DNA of 64,000 nucleotides, from NCBI GenBank assembly GCA_964542245.1, contig CAZITU010000001.1:22627-86626 (forward strand), in the 5' to 3' direction. The notes under the pieces were generated by a model that saw nothing but the letters and a program-made list of their open reading frames with translations, ran no database searches and had not been told where the DNA came from. Positions 39,647-52,325 of this stretch are shown here, in pieces (positions within the stretch are counted from its first letter, which is position 1; each line of letters opens with the position of its first letter). The stretch is from an uncultured Nitrospirales bacterium (GTDB lineage Bacteria > Nitrospirota > Nitrospiria > Nitrospirales > NS-4). A program made the translations under genes and the position numbers.

Positions 39647-41561
39647 CGGTGGAGTCCAGTCTGAAAGCGGGCACCATTTCCTGGAGCTTACGCACGATCC
39701 CTTCCGAATCAGAATCCCGGAGTAACCTTTCCAGCTCCCGAACGTGGCGATCGAGTTCGGCCGGTTGAAAGATTGTCCGGCTCACTGCCCGCTTGATCTT
39801 CTCATGCGAGGTCGGCTCGACGCGTTCCTGGTGATCGAACAGCTCCTCATATAATTTTTCGCCGGGACGGAGGCCGGTGTACGTGATTTTGATGTCCTGG
39901 TCCGGCACATGCCCCGAAAGGAGGATCATATTGCGGGCAAGATCCGCCACGCGGATCTGTTCGCCCATATCCAGAACGAAGACGTCGCCTCCCTGCCCCA
40001 TCACGCTGGCTTGAAGGACCAATTGGACCGACTCGGGAATGGTCATGAAGTAGCGTTTGATCTCAGGGTGCGTCACGGTCACGGGCCCGCCCTGACGGAT
40101 CTGCTCGGTGAATATGGGGACGACGCTGCCGTTGCTGCCCAGCACATTCCCGAAGCGAACCACCGTGAAGCACGTCGAACCCGCCCTGTTCATATCCTGG
40201 ACCATGTGCTCGGCGATTCGCTTGGTCGCCCCCATCACACTGGACGGATTGATCGCCTTGTCGGTCGAGATCAACACGAACCGCTCCACCCCCGTCGCCA
40301 GGGACGCCTCGATGACACTGCGCGTCCCCAAGACGTTGTTCCGGACCGCCTCCCCCGGATTGTGCTCCATCATCGGAACATGCTTATGCGCCGCGGCGTG
40401 AAAGATCAAATTCGGGGCGCAGGCCCGGAAGACCTCCGTCACCCGATGGGGAAGAGTGATGTCCCCGAGCACCGCAAGGGTCTTGATCTGGGGAAACGTC
40501 CCGCGCAGCTCCAGATCGAGAGCGTACAGGCTGTTCTCGTGCCGCTCGAAGAGGACCAGCAGCGCCGGACGATACCGGGCGATCTGCCGGCACAGCTCGG
40601 AGCCGATGGACCCTCCCGCGCCGGTGACCACGACGCTCTTGCCCTCCAGCAACGGGTGCAACTCTTGAAGGTCGGTTTTGATCGGCTCGCGCTGCAGCAG
40701 ATCCTCCAGGCTCACCGGTCGTACCTGTCGCATTGAAACGGAACTGTCGAGGAGCTGTTTGATGTTGGGCAGGGTCTTGATGGTGACTCGGCAGGACTCG
40801 GACGCCGCCAGAATCCGTTGCATCAGTTGCGGAGAGGCCGAAGGAATGGCCACGACGATCTCCCTGGCCTCCGTCAGCTCAACGGCCCTCGTGATGTCTG
40901 CGATCGGGCCCACCACCGGAACGCCGTGGATCCTGGCTTTGCGCTTGGCGGGATCGTCATCCATAAACGCGACAGGGCGGTAGTTGTACGAAGGATTGGT
41001 CTGAATGTCCCGGACAAGCAACTCGCCGGCGTTACCGGCCCCTACGATGAGAATCCGCTTGGCCGAGGGACCGACGATGTGCAGCCACTCGCGAAACCCC
41101 CGGACGGCCAGACGAATGCCGCCGAGAAACCCCATGCTCAGGAGCCCGGTCAAGATGATCACCGAGCGGGGATAGTCCGTCCATCCCATCACCCCGTGGA
41201 TCAGGACATACAGCACGGCCGTGCTGGCCAGGGTCGCCCACAGAATCTTTCCCAAGTCATGCAGGCCGACGTACCGCCAGAGGCCCCGCTGGATCCCGAA
41301 CGCCCACAGGCCGGCGAGATAGAGGACCGCAACGAATGGCGCGCCGAGGAGCATGCGCTGCCGGTAGTTCTCGGGAACTTGCCCTTCGAATCGCAGGATG
41401 AAGGCCATCAGATTGGCGGCAAGTATGAGGCTGCCCTGGACACCGGTGATGATGACAAAGCGATGCCGAAGCAGCAGGTCCCCGAAGGTCTTCGCCAACA
41501 GGTGAACCACCTTTGCGGCGGTGCGTCGCATCATCCCCCCAGACACCTTACGGTTCAACAC
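39633..41561 (-). CDS. polysaccharide biosynthesis protein, CapD/WbpM/PglF-type membrane-anchored NDP-sugar 4,6-dehydratase
   Basis: Four N-terminal TM helices. Two Rossmann regions (VGAGNAG; VTGAGGSIGSEL). The YGATK-like catalytic motif appears as MGATKR. Confidence 0.85.
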   Translation of the reverse strand: MLNRKVSGGMMRRTAAKVVHLLAKTFGDLLLRHRFVIITGVQGSLILAANLMAFILRFEGQVPENYRQRMLLGAPFVAVLYLAGLWAFGIQRGLWRYVGLHDLGKILWATLASTAVLYVLIHGVMGWTDYPRSVIILTGLLSMGFLGGIRLAVRGFREWLHIVGPSAKRILIVGAGNAGELLVRDIQTNPSYNYRPVAFMDDDPAKRKARIHGVPVVGPIADITRAVELTEAREIVVAIPSASPQLMQRILAASESCRVTIKTLPNIKQLLDSSVSMRQVRPVSLEDLLQREPIKTDLQELHPLLEGKSVVVTGAGGSIGSELCRQIARYRPALLVLFERHENSLYALDLELRGTFPQIKTLAVLGDITLPHRVTEVFRACAPNLIFHAAAHKHVPMMEHNPGEAVRNNVLGTRSVIEASLATGVERFVLISTDKAINPSSVMGATKRIAEHMVQDMNRAGSTCFTVVRFGNVLGSNGSVVPIFTEQIRQGGPVTVTHPEIKRYFMTIPESVQLVLQASVMGQGGDVFVLDMGEQIRVADLARNMILLSGHVPDQDIKITYTGLRPGEKLYEELFDHQERVEPTSHEKIKRAVSRTIFQPAELDRHVRELERLLRDSDSEGIVRKLQEMVPAFRLDSTDVAK

Positions 41562-41618
41562 CTCCGCACACGGTCGCTCCCCTCACGCGTCCCGATCGTC
41601 CCGACCAACGGGCCGCCA

Positions 41619-42905
41619 TTACCGTGAACCCGAATGTGACGCCTGGGCGGGAGCGCTGGATACCGCCATCGCCATGGCCACAAGGACCCAAAATTGAATA
41701 GCCAGAGTGCCGACCAGCATCTGATCAAAACACACACGAACCGTCAATCCGATCAGGCCGACGCCGATGCCCAGGAGAACCGCCCGCTGCCAGACATCAG
41801 CCGCGCGATGATACCCCGTCAGCGTCGAGGCGACAATCCGGTACAACAACCACACAAACAAGGCGAGCCCCGGGAAGCCCACCCCTAACGCCAGGTCAAG
41901 AAAGAGGTTATGGGTCCCGACGTTCATGACGGGAGTATGGCCCGGCTGGACCTCTTCTTTGGTTTGACCAAATACGAGCCTGAAGTTGTCCTTCCCGTAG
42001 CCGATACCCACGACAGGATGCTCCGCGAGTTTCGCCGCCGTAAAGTTCCAGATGTCCAGGCGATGAATGAAGGTGTCGGCGCTCAGCCGAAAATGGATGC
42101 CCGTACCGGGAATCGTCCGGACATCGCTGTAGAGCAGCATCCCCGCCGTCGCGACGACGGCGAGACTGGCCAAAGCCGCCGCGATGAGAGCGCGCCGGCG
42201 CTTGATCAGCCACACGAAGACCCAGAGTTCACACACCAACGCCAGCAGGCCGGCCCGCGAGAAGGTGAAGATCAAACAGAGCAGCGCCATGACTCCCGTT
42301 ATGGCATAAAGCATCCGGAGCCCCCGCTTCGCCTCAAAGCATGCGAGCGAAACGCTGAGCGGGACAAGGAGGACCAGGTAGGTGGTCAGCCAGACCTCGC
42401 CGGACATGACCGATTCGAGCAGAGGAGCGTTTCCCGCCTCATCCACCGTGACTCGCCCGGTCACCATGTCCCCGAACTGCCGGAGCCCGTATGCGCTGAC
42501 GATGAACAGGGTGGCCATGAAGGTCCACACCAGACGTGTGCCGTGACGCCCTTCTCTGAAAAAATACAGGACGACATAGAACAGCAGGCCTTGCTGTAAC
42601 AGTTTGGCGAACTCCTTGCCGCTGTAAGCCGGAAACGTGGCGAAAGGAACCGTAAATGCCACCCAGGCCACGAAGGCGAGCAGGGAAACGTCGATCGGCG
42701 TTCGGGTGAAGAAATGCCGCCGGTTGACGGCGCACCAGAGCACCAACAACGCGACCAGGATGATGAACCCGTTCCGTTCAATGAAGAGCAGTCTATTGAA
42801 GGGCAAGCTGAAAATATAGACGTAGAGCAGACCGCGGATGATCGTTTCAAGATTCGGAAGCGCGGTCGCGGAGGCCTCCGCAGCGGGAACGGCGGACGCC
42901 CTCAT
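41619..42905 (-). CDS. O-antigen ligase family (Wzy_C domain) integral membrane protein
   Basis: 10 or more TM helices with a central SRAGLLAL loop motif typical of O-antigen ligase/polymerase-like proteins. ATGA overlap with the upstream gene. Confidence 0.7.
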   Translation of the reverse strand: MRASAVPAAEASATALPNLETIIRGLLYVYIFSLPFNRLLFIERNGFIILVALLVLWCAVNRRHFFTRTPIDVSLLAFVAWVAFTVPFATFPAYSGKEFAKLLQQGLLFYVVLYFFREGRHGTRLVWTFMATLFIVSAYGLRQFGDMVTGRVTVDEAGNAPLLESVMSGEVWLTTYLVLLVPLSVSLACFEAKRGLRMLYAITGVMALLCLIFTFSRAGLLALVCELWVFVWLIKRRRALIAAALASLAVVATAGMLLYSDVRTIPGTGIHFRLSADTFIHRLDIWNFTAAKLAEHPVVGIGYGKDNFRLVFGQTKEEVQPGHTPVMNVGTHNLFLDLALGVGFPGLALFVWLLYRIVASTLTGYHRAADVWQRAVLLGIGVGLIGLTVRVCFDQMLVGTLAIQFWVLVAMAMAVSSAPAQASHSGSR

Positions 42906-43978
42906 CCAGCCGCCCTCCACGCGCGCGTATGCCGCTCCACGACCCGGACCCCCAACGCCAGAGCCCCGTACACGAGGAGCCAGCCCACCAGGATGGAGGC
43001 GCGCGCCGGCCCCTCCGCCTGTGTATACAGCACCGCCGTCCCCCCACAGACCGCCATCAGGAGATATTCCGCCAGCATGGTCTTTCGATGGCTCCAGCCC
43101 GCCAGCACGAGCCGCTGGTAATAATGCTCCCGATGCGCCCGCCAGACTTTTTCTCCGTGCAGCAATCGCCGGAAAAGCGTGACCGTCGCATCCGCCACGA
43201 ACGGAGAAAAGACCAGCACCGGCACCCAGATGTCGAACACGCCGTCACGCACCCCCATCACCGCCAAGGCCCCAGCCAGAAAGCCCATGGGGATGCTGCC
43301 CACGTCCCCCAGGAAGATCCTGGCGGGGGGCAGGTTAAAGAGGAGGAATCCGCCGGCGGCCATCGCGACCAGGAGCGAGATCCCCATCATCACGTGATGG
43401 CCCGCCCTCCAGGCCATATAGCCGAGCACGCCGTACCCGAGCACGGTCATCCCGGCGGCCAGGCCGTCCATCCCGTCCATGAAATTATAGAGATTGGTCA
43501 TCCAGACAAGGAACAACATTGTCAAGGGCGGGGCGAGCCATCCGAGCGACACGTCGCCGAGCACCGGGATCGCAACGACGTTCACCGTCAGACCGGCGCC
43601 CCACACGACGCAGCCGGCCGCCACGGCATGCACGCCCAGTCGCAGTCCGACCGGCAGACTCGCTTGATCGTCCCAGAAGGATAGGAGGCCCACGACCAGA
43701 GTGATCCCCAACACCCAGAGGCCCGTCCCTCCCCATCCCGCCGGACCCGGACTGACGACGCCGCCCGACCACTCCAGCATCAGGCTCAACGCGAGCCCCA
43801 GGAACACGCTGCCGAACACGGCAAGGCCGCCCGTCCGAGGCACCGGCATCGCATGGAGCGACCGTTCGTTGGGTAGATCGAGCAACGCCCACCTGGAGGT
43901 CGGTGCACTGAGCACCCGCGTCAGTCCCACCGCCGCAAGAAAGACCACGCCAAGAAGGCCGAGAACGCCCGGGGTCAC
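42902..43978 (-). CDS. MraY/WecA/WbpL-family polyprenyl-phosphate N-acetylhexosamine-1-phosphate transferase (GT4 family of the MraY superfamily)
   Basis: NLYNFMDGMDGLAAG motif, multiple TM helices, LGDVGS motif. Confidence 0.85.
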   Translation of the reverse strand: MTPGVLGLLGVVFLAAVGLTRVLSAPTSRWALLDLPNERSLHAMPVPRTGGLAVFGSVFLGLALSLMLEWSGGVVSPGPAGWGGTGLWVLGITLVVGLLSFWDDQASLPVGLRLGVHAVAAGCVVWGAGLTVNVVAIPVLGDVSLGWLAPPLTMLFLVWMTNLYNFMDGMDGLAAGMTVLGYGVLGYMAWRAGHHVMMGISLLVAMAAGGFLLFNLPPARIFLGDVGSIPMGFLAGALAVMGVRDGVFDIWVPVLVFSPFVADATVTLFRRLLHGEKVWRAHREHYYQRLVLAGWSHRKTMLAEYLLMAVCGGTAVLYTQAEGPARASILVGWLLVYGALALGVRVVERHTRAWRAAG

Positions 43979-44964
43979 GCTTTTTCCTTCCGGTACCAGG
44001 CGATGAGGTCAGGCAGAGCGTCTTCAAAGGCGACGGAAGGACGGTACCCCGCCACTCGCGCGATCTTCTCGGAGCTGTACCAGGCCGATCCGATCAACTT
44101 CGCCAGGGCGTCTGAGTCGAAGAAGGCCCGACGCCCGCGAACGCGTCCCATCAGATCACCCGCGCGCGCCAGCGCCTTGAGCGCGCCCACCGGCACATGC
44201 CATGAGGGGACCGGCTTCCCCATCCCCCGGCAGATCATGACGTAGAGCTCGCGCGTCGAATAGGGTCTGGCATCCGCGACGATGAAGCATTGTCCGTTCG
44301 CTCCCGGAGTCCCGGCCGCCAGCAGCGCGGCGTCCACCACGTTCAGGACATGGACCATGCTGCGACGGTTGCTCACTTCCGGGAGCGGCGGGAACAAGCC
44401 TCTCTCAATCGCGGTCATCATGCGGTAGAGGTTGCCCTTGTTGCCGGGCCCATAGACAAGCGGCAGCCTGAGGCACACGACATGCAGCCCGGCCCGCAGC
44501 CCACCGTCCAGCACCACCCGTTCCGCCGCCAGTTTGGACCGACCGTAAGGGTTGACCGGGCGCGCGTCCGAAGACTCGTCCCGGCAGCAGGCGGTCTCTT
44601 CGCCCATGGCCTTCACGCTGCTGAAGTACACGAACCCCTGAGCCCCGCCGACGACGGCGCCCTCCCACACATTGCGCGTGCCGTCCACATTGACTGCGTA
44701 ACAGGCCGATTCGTCGCCGGATGAGACCGACGGATCATGCGCCTTGCCTGCCAGGTGAAACACCAGCTCCACGCCGGCGGCGGCCGACCTCATGGCCATT
44801 GGATCCCGGACATCTCCGGTCACGACTTCCACAGTCGGGAGCCAATCCGGCCCGGGCGCCCCCTCGCGCACCAAGACCCGGACGTGCAGCCCGTCGCGCA
44901 GCAATCGCTCGACCAGATGCCGGCCGATGAAGCCGGAGGCGCCTGTCACCAGCACTCGGGTCAT
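43975..44964 (-). CDS. NAD-dependent epimerase/dehydratase family protein
   Basis: VTGASGFIGRHL Rossmann motif and YGRSK catalytic YxxxK. ATGA overlaps at both ends. Confidence 0.85.
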   Translation of the reverse strand: MTRVLVTGASGFIGRHLVERLLRDGLHVRVLVREGAPGPDWLPTVEVVTGDVRDPMAMRSAAAGVELVFHLAGKAHDPSVSSGDESACYAVNVDGTRNVWEGAVVGGAQGFVYFSSVKAMGEETACCRDESSDARPVNPYGRSKLAAERVVLDGGLRAGLHVVCLRLPLVYGPGNKGNLYRMMTAIERGLFPPLPEVSNRRSMVHVLNVVDAALLAAGTPGANGQCFIVADARPYSTRELYVMICRGMGKPVPSWHVPVGALKALARAGDLMGRVRGRRAFFDSDALAKLIGSAWYSSEKIARVAGYRPSVAFEDALPDLIAWYRKEKA

Positions 44965-46127
44965 GGCCGGCTCAGCGAGTACGACATCGGCCAAGTCTCT
45001 TCCAACAACCCGCGATAGACCGCCAACGTTTCCCGCACGATCCGCTCGCTTGAAAATTCCTTCACGACCCGCTCACGCCCGCAGGCGCCCATCCGCGCGC
45101 GCATGGCGGCGTCCTCCACGAGCGTCGCGATGGCCATGGCGAGTTGCTGCGGATTCCGTACGGGCACCAGCAGGCCATTCTCACCGTCCCGGACCACTTC
45201 CCGACATCCCGGCACGTCCGTCGCCACGATGGGCCTGGCGCAGGCCGCCGCTTCCAACAGGATCTTAGGGAGGCCTTCGCGATAGGACGGCAGCACGACG
45301 ACGTGGGCCGCCGACAGGACCTGCGGCATATCCTCGCGATGCCCCCACCACTCCACCACTCCCTCCGCCTGCCATCGCCGCAGCTGGCGTTCCGGAACGT
45401 GCGCGGGATTGTCCTCATCCACCATGCCCACCAGCACGCACTTGGCGCGAACATTCCGTTCTTTTATCAGCCGGGCGGCTTCCACAAAGTCTCCGACCCC
45501 CTTGTCCCACAGCATCCGCGAGGCCAGGACCACGAGCGGCTCGCCCTCCGGTTCAGGGCTCGGCGTGAATGCCGCGGGATCAACGCCGGCGCCCGGAATG
45601 ATGACCGTCTGCGCTTGGCGCACCACGCCGGCGCGGGCGAAAAGCTCGCGATCCTCGGCATTCTGAAAAACCGCCCGCGAGCGAGGCGCCGCGAGCGCCC
45701 ATCGCAGCGCCCGCCCGAGCAGAACACGCACGCACCCGGCCCACCGACCGGTCGCGATGAAGACATAGCCGAGACCGGCGAACGCATTGACCACCGCCGG
45801 TACACGCGCCAGTCGGGCCGCGAGTGACCCGTAGAGGATGGGCTTCACCGCCACATGGTGCACAATGTCCGGGCGCTCCCGCCGGTACAGTCGGACGAGT
45901 TCCATCACCGCGATCAATTCCCGCAGCGGATGTCGGCTCCGCCGGATCAGTCGGATGGGAAACAGCTTGAATCCCTCCATCTCGATCCGCTTCCCATGAT
46001 CCTGAACGCGCGTGGCGACCAGCACATCGAACCCGGCGTCGCGCGCCGCCCTTGCCAGATCAAGCCGGTGCGACCAGAAATACCAGTCCTCAGTGATCAG
46101 AAACAGGAGACGCGGCTTGGGGGTCAT
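44961..46127 (-). CDS. glycosyltransferase family 4 (GT-B, RfaB-like)
   Basis: C-terminal PSYREGLPKILLEAAACARPIVATDVPGCRE EX7E-type motif. Start at MTPKPRLLFL. Confidence 0.8.
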   Translation of the reverse strand: MTPKPRLLFLITEDWYFWSHRLDLARAARDAGFDVLVATRVQDHGKRIEMEGFKLFPIRLIRRSRHPLRELIAVMELVRLYRRERPDIVHHVAVKPILYGSLAARLARVPAVVNAFAGLGYVFIATGRWAGCVRVLLGRALRWALAAPRSRAVFQNAEDRELFARAGVVRQAQTVIIPGAGVDPAAFTPSPEPEGEPLVVLASRMLWDKGVGDFVEAARLIKERNVRAKCVLVGMVDEDNPAHVPERQLRRWQAEGVVEWWGHREDMPQVLSAAHVVVLPSYREGLPKILLEAAACARPIVATDVPGCREVVRDGENGLLVPVRNPQQLAMAIATLVEDAAMRARMGACGRERVVKEFSSERIVRETLAVYRGLLEETWPMSYSLSRP

Positions 46128-46138
46128 GCTCGCGGCAC

Positions 46139-48143
<2,005 letters not shown>

Positions 48144-48159
48144 GATTTCTCCAGGCCGG

Positions 48160-48888
48160 TCACGCGGTTTTTTCCAACACCACAAGGATACGGAACGCCA
48201 ACATCTTGTCGAGAAACCCCAGCGCGCGCTCCAGGGCCAGCAACGGCCGCACGAGCGCCAGGGGCACGAGCGACGGATGATCGAAGCCGCCGCTCAACGG
48301 ATAGGCGAAGAAGGCCATCCGGCGATGCACGCGCTTGGCGAACTGGGGGTAGTGCCGATGGAACCCCTCATTGCCGCGCTCGAACAGGAGGGTCGCCACC
48401 GCCTGGTTTGCATCGAACGGCTTGCGATCCGGACGAGGCGACTTAAACCCCAACGGGTCTTCGGTGAAATCCACCGGCTCAGGATGGAGGAATCGGTAGA
48501 CCGGCCATGAGAGCCAGGAGATGTACGGATCGAGGACGACGAGGCGCCCGCCCGGTCGCAGCACGCGCAGGGCCTCATCGAAAAACAATCGGACGTTCTC
48601 GATGTGGTGCAGGACATCGAACAGAATGATGTTGTTCAGGCTCCCGACGGCGAACGGCAGATGTTGCGCATCGGCCACCGCGTCCAGCCAAGGCAGGGCG
48701 ACGATATCGGTGGACACCACGTGGGGAGCGAACTCCTTGAGGTTGCCGCTCCCCCCGCCCAGTTCCAGTGTCCGCCCGGGACGCATGTGCGCGACGATCT
48801 CCTCGTACCAGCTCGTATACAGCGCCCGGAGCACCGGCTTCGTCTGCCAGATCGCCCGATGCCGGTGCAGAACTTCCAGGGACGTCAC
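48160..48888 (-). CDS. class I SAM-dependent methyltransferase
   Basis: LELGGGSGN motif I and [12 protein letters not shown] post-motif III region. Confidence 0.72.
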   Translation of the reverse strand: MTSLEVLHRHRAIWQTKPVLRALYTSWYEEIVAHMRPGRTLELGGGSGNLKEFAPHVVSTDIVALPWLDAVADAQHLPFAVGSLNNIILFDVLHHIENVRLFFDEALRVLRPGGRLVVLDPYISWLSWPVYRFLHPEPVDFTEDPLGFKSPRPDRKPFDANQAVATLLFERGNEGFHRHYPQFAKRVHRRMAFFAYPLSGGFDHPSLVPLALVRPLLALERALGFLDKMLAFRILVVLEKTA

Positions 48889-50312
48889 ACCGCTTTGAGC
48901 CTAAAGAAGGCGAAGAACGTCATCTTGAGCAGGAGCCACCCGTGGGCGAACCTCCGGATGTTCGTCGTCCCATAATACCGCTCCTGGTACCGGATCGGCA
49001 CTTCCAGAATCTTCAGGTTGAGCTTGGAGGCCCCGAACAGCAGGTCGAAGTCTCCGAACGGATCGAACTCGCCGAAGTAGCAGCGATTCTGCTCAATGCG
49101 ACGGTAGTCTTCGCGAAACAACGCCTTCGTCCCGCAGAGCGTGTCCTTGATCCGTTGGTTGAGCAGCCACGAAAACGCCATGCTGAAGAACTTGTTGCCC
49201 AACAGGTTGAGCGCCCGCATCGCCTCTTTCTCCATCGGATAGACCAGCCGGCAGCCGTTGATGAACTCCCCCTTGCCGCCGGCAATGGCCTGGTAGAACT
49301 TCGGCAGGTCTTCAGGGGGCATCGTCAGGTCCGCATCGAGAATCATGAAGATGTCGCCTGTGGCGTGGGCGAAGCCCATGCGCACGGCATCACCCTTGCC
49401 CTTGCCCTCCTGGACGAGGAGGCGAATGTCCCGTTGCGGGTACGCGCGGATCACGCGCTCGACTTCCTCCTTCGTACCGTCGGTGGAGTGCCCTTCCACG
49501 AAAATCATTTCCTGGCGCTTGCCGAAATACGGGGTCCGCTGGACGGCGGCCTCGATGTTCCCCCGTTCATTCCGGCAAGGGATCACAATGGAGACGGAGT
49601 GTTCCGCCTCGCCGCTGGGAGAGGACGGCCGGGCCACGACATAGTGGGACAAGCACGCCGCCCCCACCCCGGGCAAGAACGCGAGGAAGCGGTTGGCGAC
49701 CGCGGACAGCACCGGGACCCACTTGGGCAGCAACAGGCGACGTTCGGTCTTGACGACTTCAAAATCCGCCAGTTGGAGCAGATTGACGATGTCCGCCGGC
49801 GCCAGCCAGTTCTGATGCTGTTGCGGCATCTTCAAACCGAGCGACTCGGCCACGCGCAGGATCGGCTCCCAGAGGAAATTGTAATAGGAGATGATGAGGC
49901 GGGTTTGGGGGGCGCAACACCGCCGCAGATTCCGCAAGGCGGTCTCCACATCGAGCAGGTGGCCGACCACATCGGCCAGGATGATCACATCAAAGGGTTC
50001 CTCCAGATCGAGGTCCTCGACATCGCCCGTGCGAAACTCCAGGTGGGGATGGCGGCGCCGGGCCTCCGCGACCATCGCCTCGCTGAGATCGATGCCCAGA
50101 CCCCTCGCCGGCTTGACGGCCGCCAGCAAATCGCCCAGCCCGCAGCCGATTTCCAGAACACGGAGTCCTTCCGGCACCAGGAAGCGGAAGAAGCGCCGCT
50201 GGTCTTCGTAGTAATAACGGTTCTTCCGCTGCCAGCGCTCGCGGTCCGCGGCCAGCCGGTCGAAGCGCTCCCTGATGGCCTTCTTCTTGGCCTCGTCTCG
50301 AAAGCTCGTCAT
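48885..50312 (-). CDS. bifunctional class I SAM-dependent methyltransferase / family 2 glycosyltransferase fusion
   Basis: N-terminal VLEIGCGLGDL methyltransferase domain. C-terminal GT2 domain (VSIVIPCRNERGNIE ... ILDADLT). Start at MTSFRDEAKK, overlapping the asnB stop (ATGA). Confidence 0.8.
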   Translation of the reverse strand: MTSFRDEAKKKAIRERFDRLAADRERWQRKNRYYYEDQRRFFRFLVPEGLRVLEIGCGLGDLLAAVKPARGLGIDLSEAMVAEARRRHPHLEFRTGDVEDLDLEEPFDVIILADVVGHLLDVETALRNLRRCCAPQTRLIISYYNFLWEPILRVAESLGLKMPQQHQNWLAPADIVNLLQLADFEVVKTERRLLLPKWVPVLSAVANRFLAFLPGVGAACLSHYVVARPSSPSGEAEHSVSIVIPCRNERGNIEAAVQRTPYFGKRQEMIFVEGHSTDGTKEEVERVIRAYPQRDIRLLVQEGKGKGDAVRMGFAHATGDIFMILDADLTMPPEDLPKFYQAIAGGKGEFINGCRLVYPMEKEAMRALNLLGNKFFSMAFSWLLNQRIKDTLCGTKALFREDYRRIEQNRCYFGEFDPFGDFDLLFGASKLNLKILEVPIRYQERYYGTTNIRRFAHGWLLLKMTFFAFFRLKAV

Positions 50313-52321
50313 GCTTGGCAAGGCATCCCGGTGGAGGACTGCTTGTACTCGTCGAGCCACGCTTGGAACATCAGGATGTCCCACAGATGATACTGCCAAT
50401 CGCGCCGACCCGAGAGATGCTCGGCCCATTTTTCACGGATGGGGTCCGGTTGAAAAAAACCTTCCTCGCTCAGGCGTTTCTCAGCCAGAAGCGCCTCTGC
50501 CCATTCGCGCAGGGGTCCCCGCAGCCAACTATCAATCGGAACGGCGAAACCCATCTTGGGCCGGTCAAAGAAGGCCTCGGGCACGTACTTATACAGCACT
50601 TGCCGCAGCAGCCATTTCCCTTGACCGCCACGGATCTTCATGCGCATAGACAGCCGCCAAGCGAACTCCATCAGTCGGTGGTCCAGCAGCGGCACCCGCG
50701 CCTCCAGACCAAACCCCATGCTGGCCCGGTCCAGCTTGACCAGCAGGTCATCCGGCAAGTACGTCACGGTATCCAGGAACATCATTTGTTCCGTAAAATC
50801 CGGCAGCGTGGCCCACCGCGAACGATCCGTTACGGTCGTGGGCGGTTCGTCCGTCCCGATGACCGGGAGCTGGCCTTCCTTCCAATGGGAGACCAGTCCC
50901 AGATACATGGCCTCAGGGCCATCCGCTTCCAGGATCTCCGCGAGCTTGTGGAGCTTAGAGCCTGGAGTCCTCTGGCGCATCTCCGAAGGCAACAGAGAGG
51001 CGAGCGCCTGAAACGCCGACTCCCAATAGGAAGGCTTGAACGCGGTGACCGTCCGGGCTACCTGACGCCGGACCGGCTTCGGCACCCACCGAAGCCGCCG
51101 TCCAAGCCGTGCGCACCATGCGTGGCGGTTGTAGCCGGCGAACAGCTCATCACCGCCGTCGCCCGACACACACACGGTGACATGGCGCCGGGTCAACTGA
51201 CAGAGGAGGATGGTGGGCAGTTGAGACGAATCGGAAAACGGCTCATCGAAGAGGGTCGGGATCCGGGGAATCACGGCCAAGGCGTCGGCGGGACTCGTAT
51301 ACAGCTCCGTGTGGTCCGTGCCGAGATGCCGCGCCACCGCCCGGGCTTCAGGCGCCTCGTCGAACGCCTCCTCCCGGAACCCGATGGTAAAGGTCTTGAC
51401 CGGGCGATCGCTCTGCGCCTGCATCAGCGCCACCACGGTGGACGAGTCAATGCCGCCGGAAAGGAAAGCGCCCAGGGGCACGTCCGCAACCATGTGCGCC
51501 CGGACGGCTTCGCAAAGCAGGGCCTCCAGGTCATGCCCGGCTTCTTTCTCAGTCAGCGGCGCTCGTTCAGCGCTCCCCCGTTCCACCATCTCACGAGCCG
51601 ACCAGTACCGCACCGGTTTCCATGTCCCGGTCGGATCATCGGGATCCGGCGAAAACGCGCCCGGTCGGGCCATCAGCGTCGAGCGGACGGCCAGGAGGCA
51701 GCCGGGAAGCAGTTTGTAGACATTCCGATAGATGGAGAACGGCGCCGGGATGCAGTTGAACCGCAGGTAGAGAGGCAGCGCCTGGCGGTTGACCGCGCCC
51801 GCAAAGGCAGGGGAGGCTCGCAAGGCCTTCAATTCGGACCCAAACAGAAAGGTCGGACCGGCCCAGCCGAAGTAGAGCGGCTTGATCCCGAGCCGGTCTC
51901 GGACGAGGTACAGAGTCCGCGCTTCCCGATCCCAGAGACCGAACGCGAACATGCCGACAAACCGACGGATCGCCGCCTCCACACCCCAATGCTCGAAGGC
52001 GGCGAGCATGACCTCCGTATCGGAACGGCCCCGGAAGCCGTAGCCGGCTCGGCTCAGATCACGCCGCAGTTCCTCGAAATTGTAGACTTCCCCGTTGTAC
52101 GTGATCACATAACGCCCCGACCGGGAGGCCATCGGTTGATGGCCTTCCGGCGACAGATCAAGAATCGAGAGACGGGCATGGCCCAATGCCAACGGGATAT
52201 CCTTCTCACACCAGACGCCCGCATCGTCCGGCCCGCGAGAGCGGAGCGCCCCGACCATCCGCCAAGCGGTTTGCTCCAGGTCACCCTGGGGATCTCCCCA
52301 TACGCCGGCAATTCCGCACAT
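50309..52321 (-). CDS. asnB: asparagine synthase (glutamine-hydrolysing) family amidotransferase (WbpS-like context)
   Basis: N-terminal MCGIAG nucleophile, YNGEVYNF, and the PP-loop SGGIDSS. Located inside the glycan cluster. Confidence 0.88.
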   Translation of the reverse strand: MCGIAGVWGDPQGDLEQTAWRMVGALRSRGPDDAGVWCEKDIPLALGHARLSILDLSPEGHQPMASRSGRYVITYNGEVYNFEELRRDLSRAGYGFRGRSDTEVMLAAFEHWGVEAAIRRFVGMFAFGLWDREARTLYLVRDRLGIKPLYFGWAGPTFLFGSELKALRASPAFAGAVNRQALPLYLRFNCIPAPFSIYRNVYKLLPGCLLAVRSTLMARPGAFSPDPDDPTGTWKPVRYWSAREMVERGSAERAPLTEKEAGHDLEALLCEAVRAHMVADVPLGAFLSGGIDSSTVVALMQAQSDRPVKTFTIGFREEAFDEAPEARAVARHLGTDHTELYTSPADALAVIPRIPTLFDEPFSDSSQLPTILLCQLTRRHVTVCVSGDGGDELFAGYNRHAWCARLGRRLRWVPKPVRRQVARTVTAFKPSYWESAFQALASLLPSEMRQRTPGSKLHKLAEILEADGPEAMYLGLVSHWKEGQLPVIGTDEPPTTVTDRSRWATLPDFTEQMMFLDTVTYLPDDLLVKLDRASMGFGLEARVPLLDHRLMEFAWRLSMRMKIRGGQGKWLLRQVLYKYVPEAFFDRPKMGFAVPIDSWLRGPLREWAEALLAEKRLSEEGFFQPDPIREKWAEHLSGRRDWQYHLWDILMFQAWLDEYKQSSTGMPCQA

Positions 52322-52325
52322 CGGG

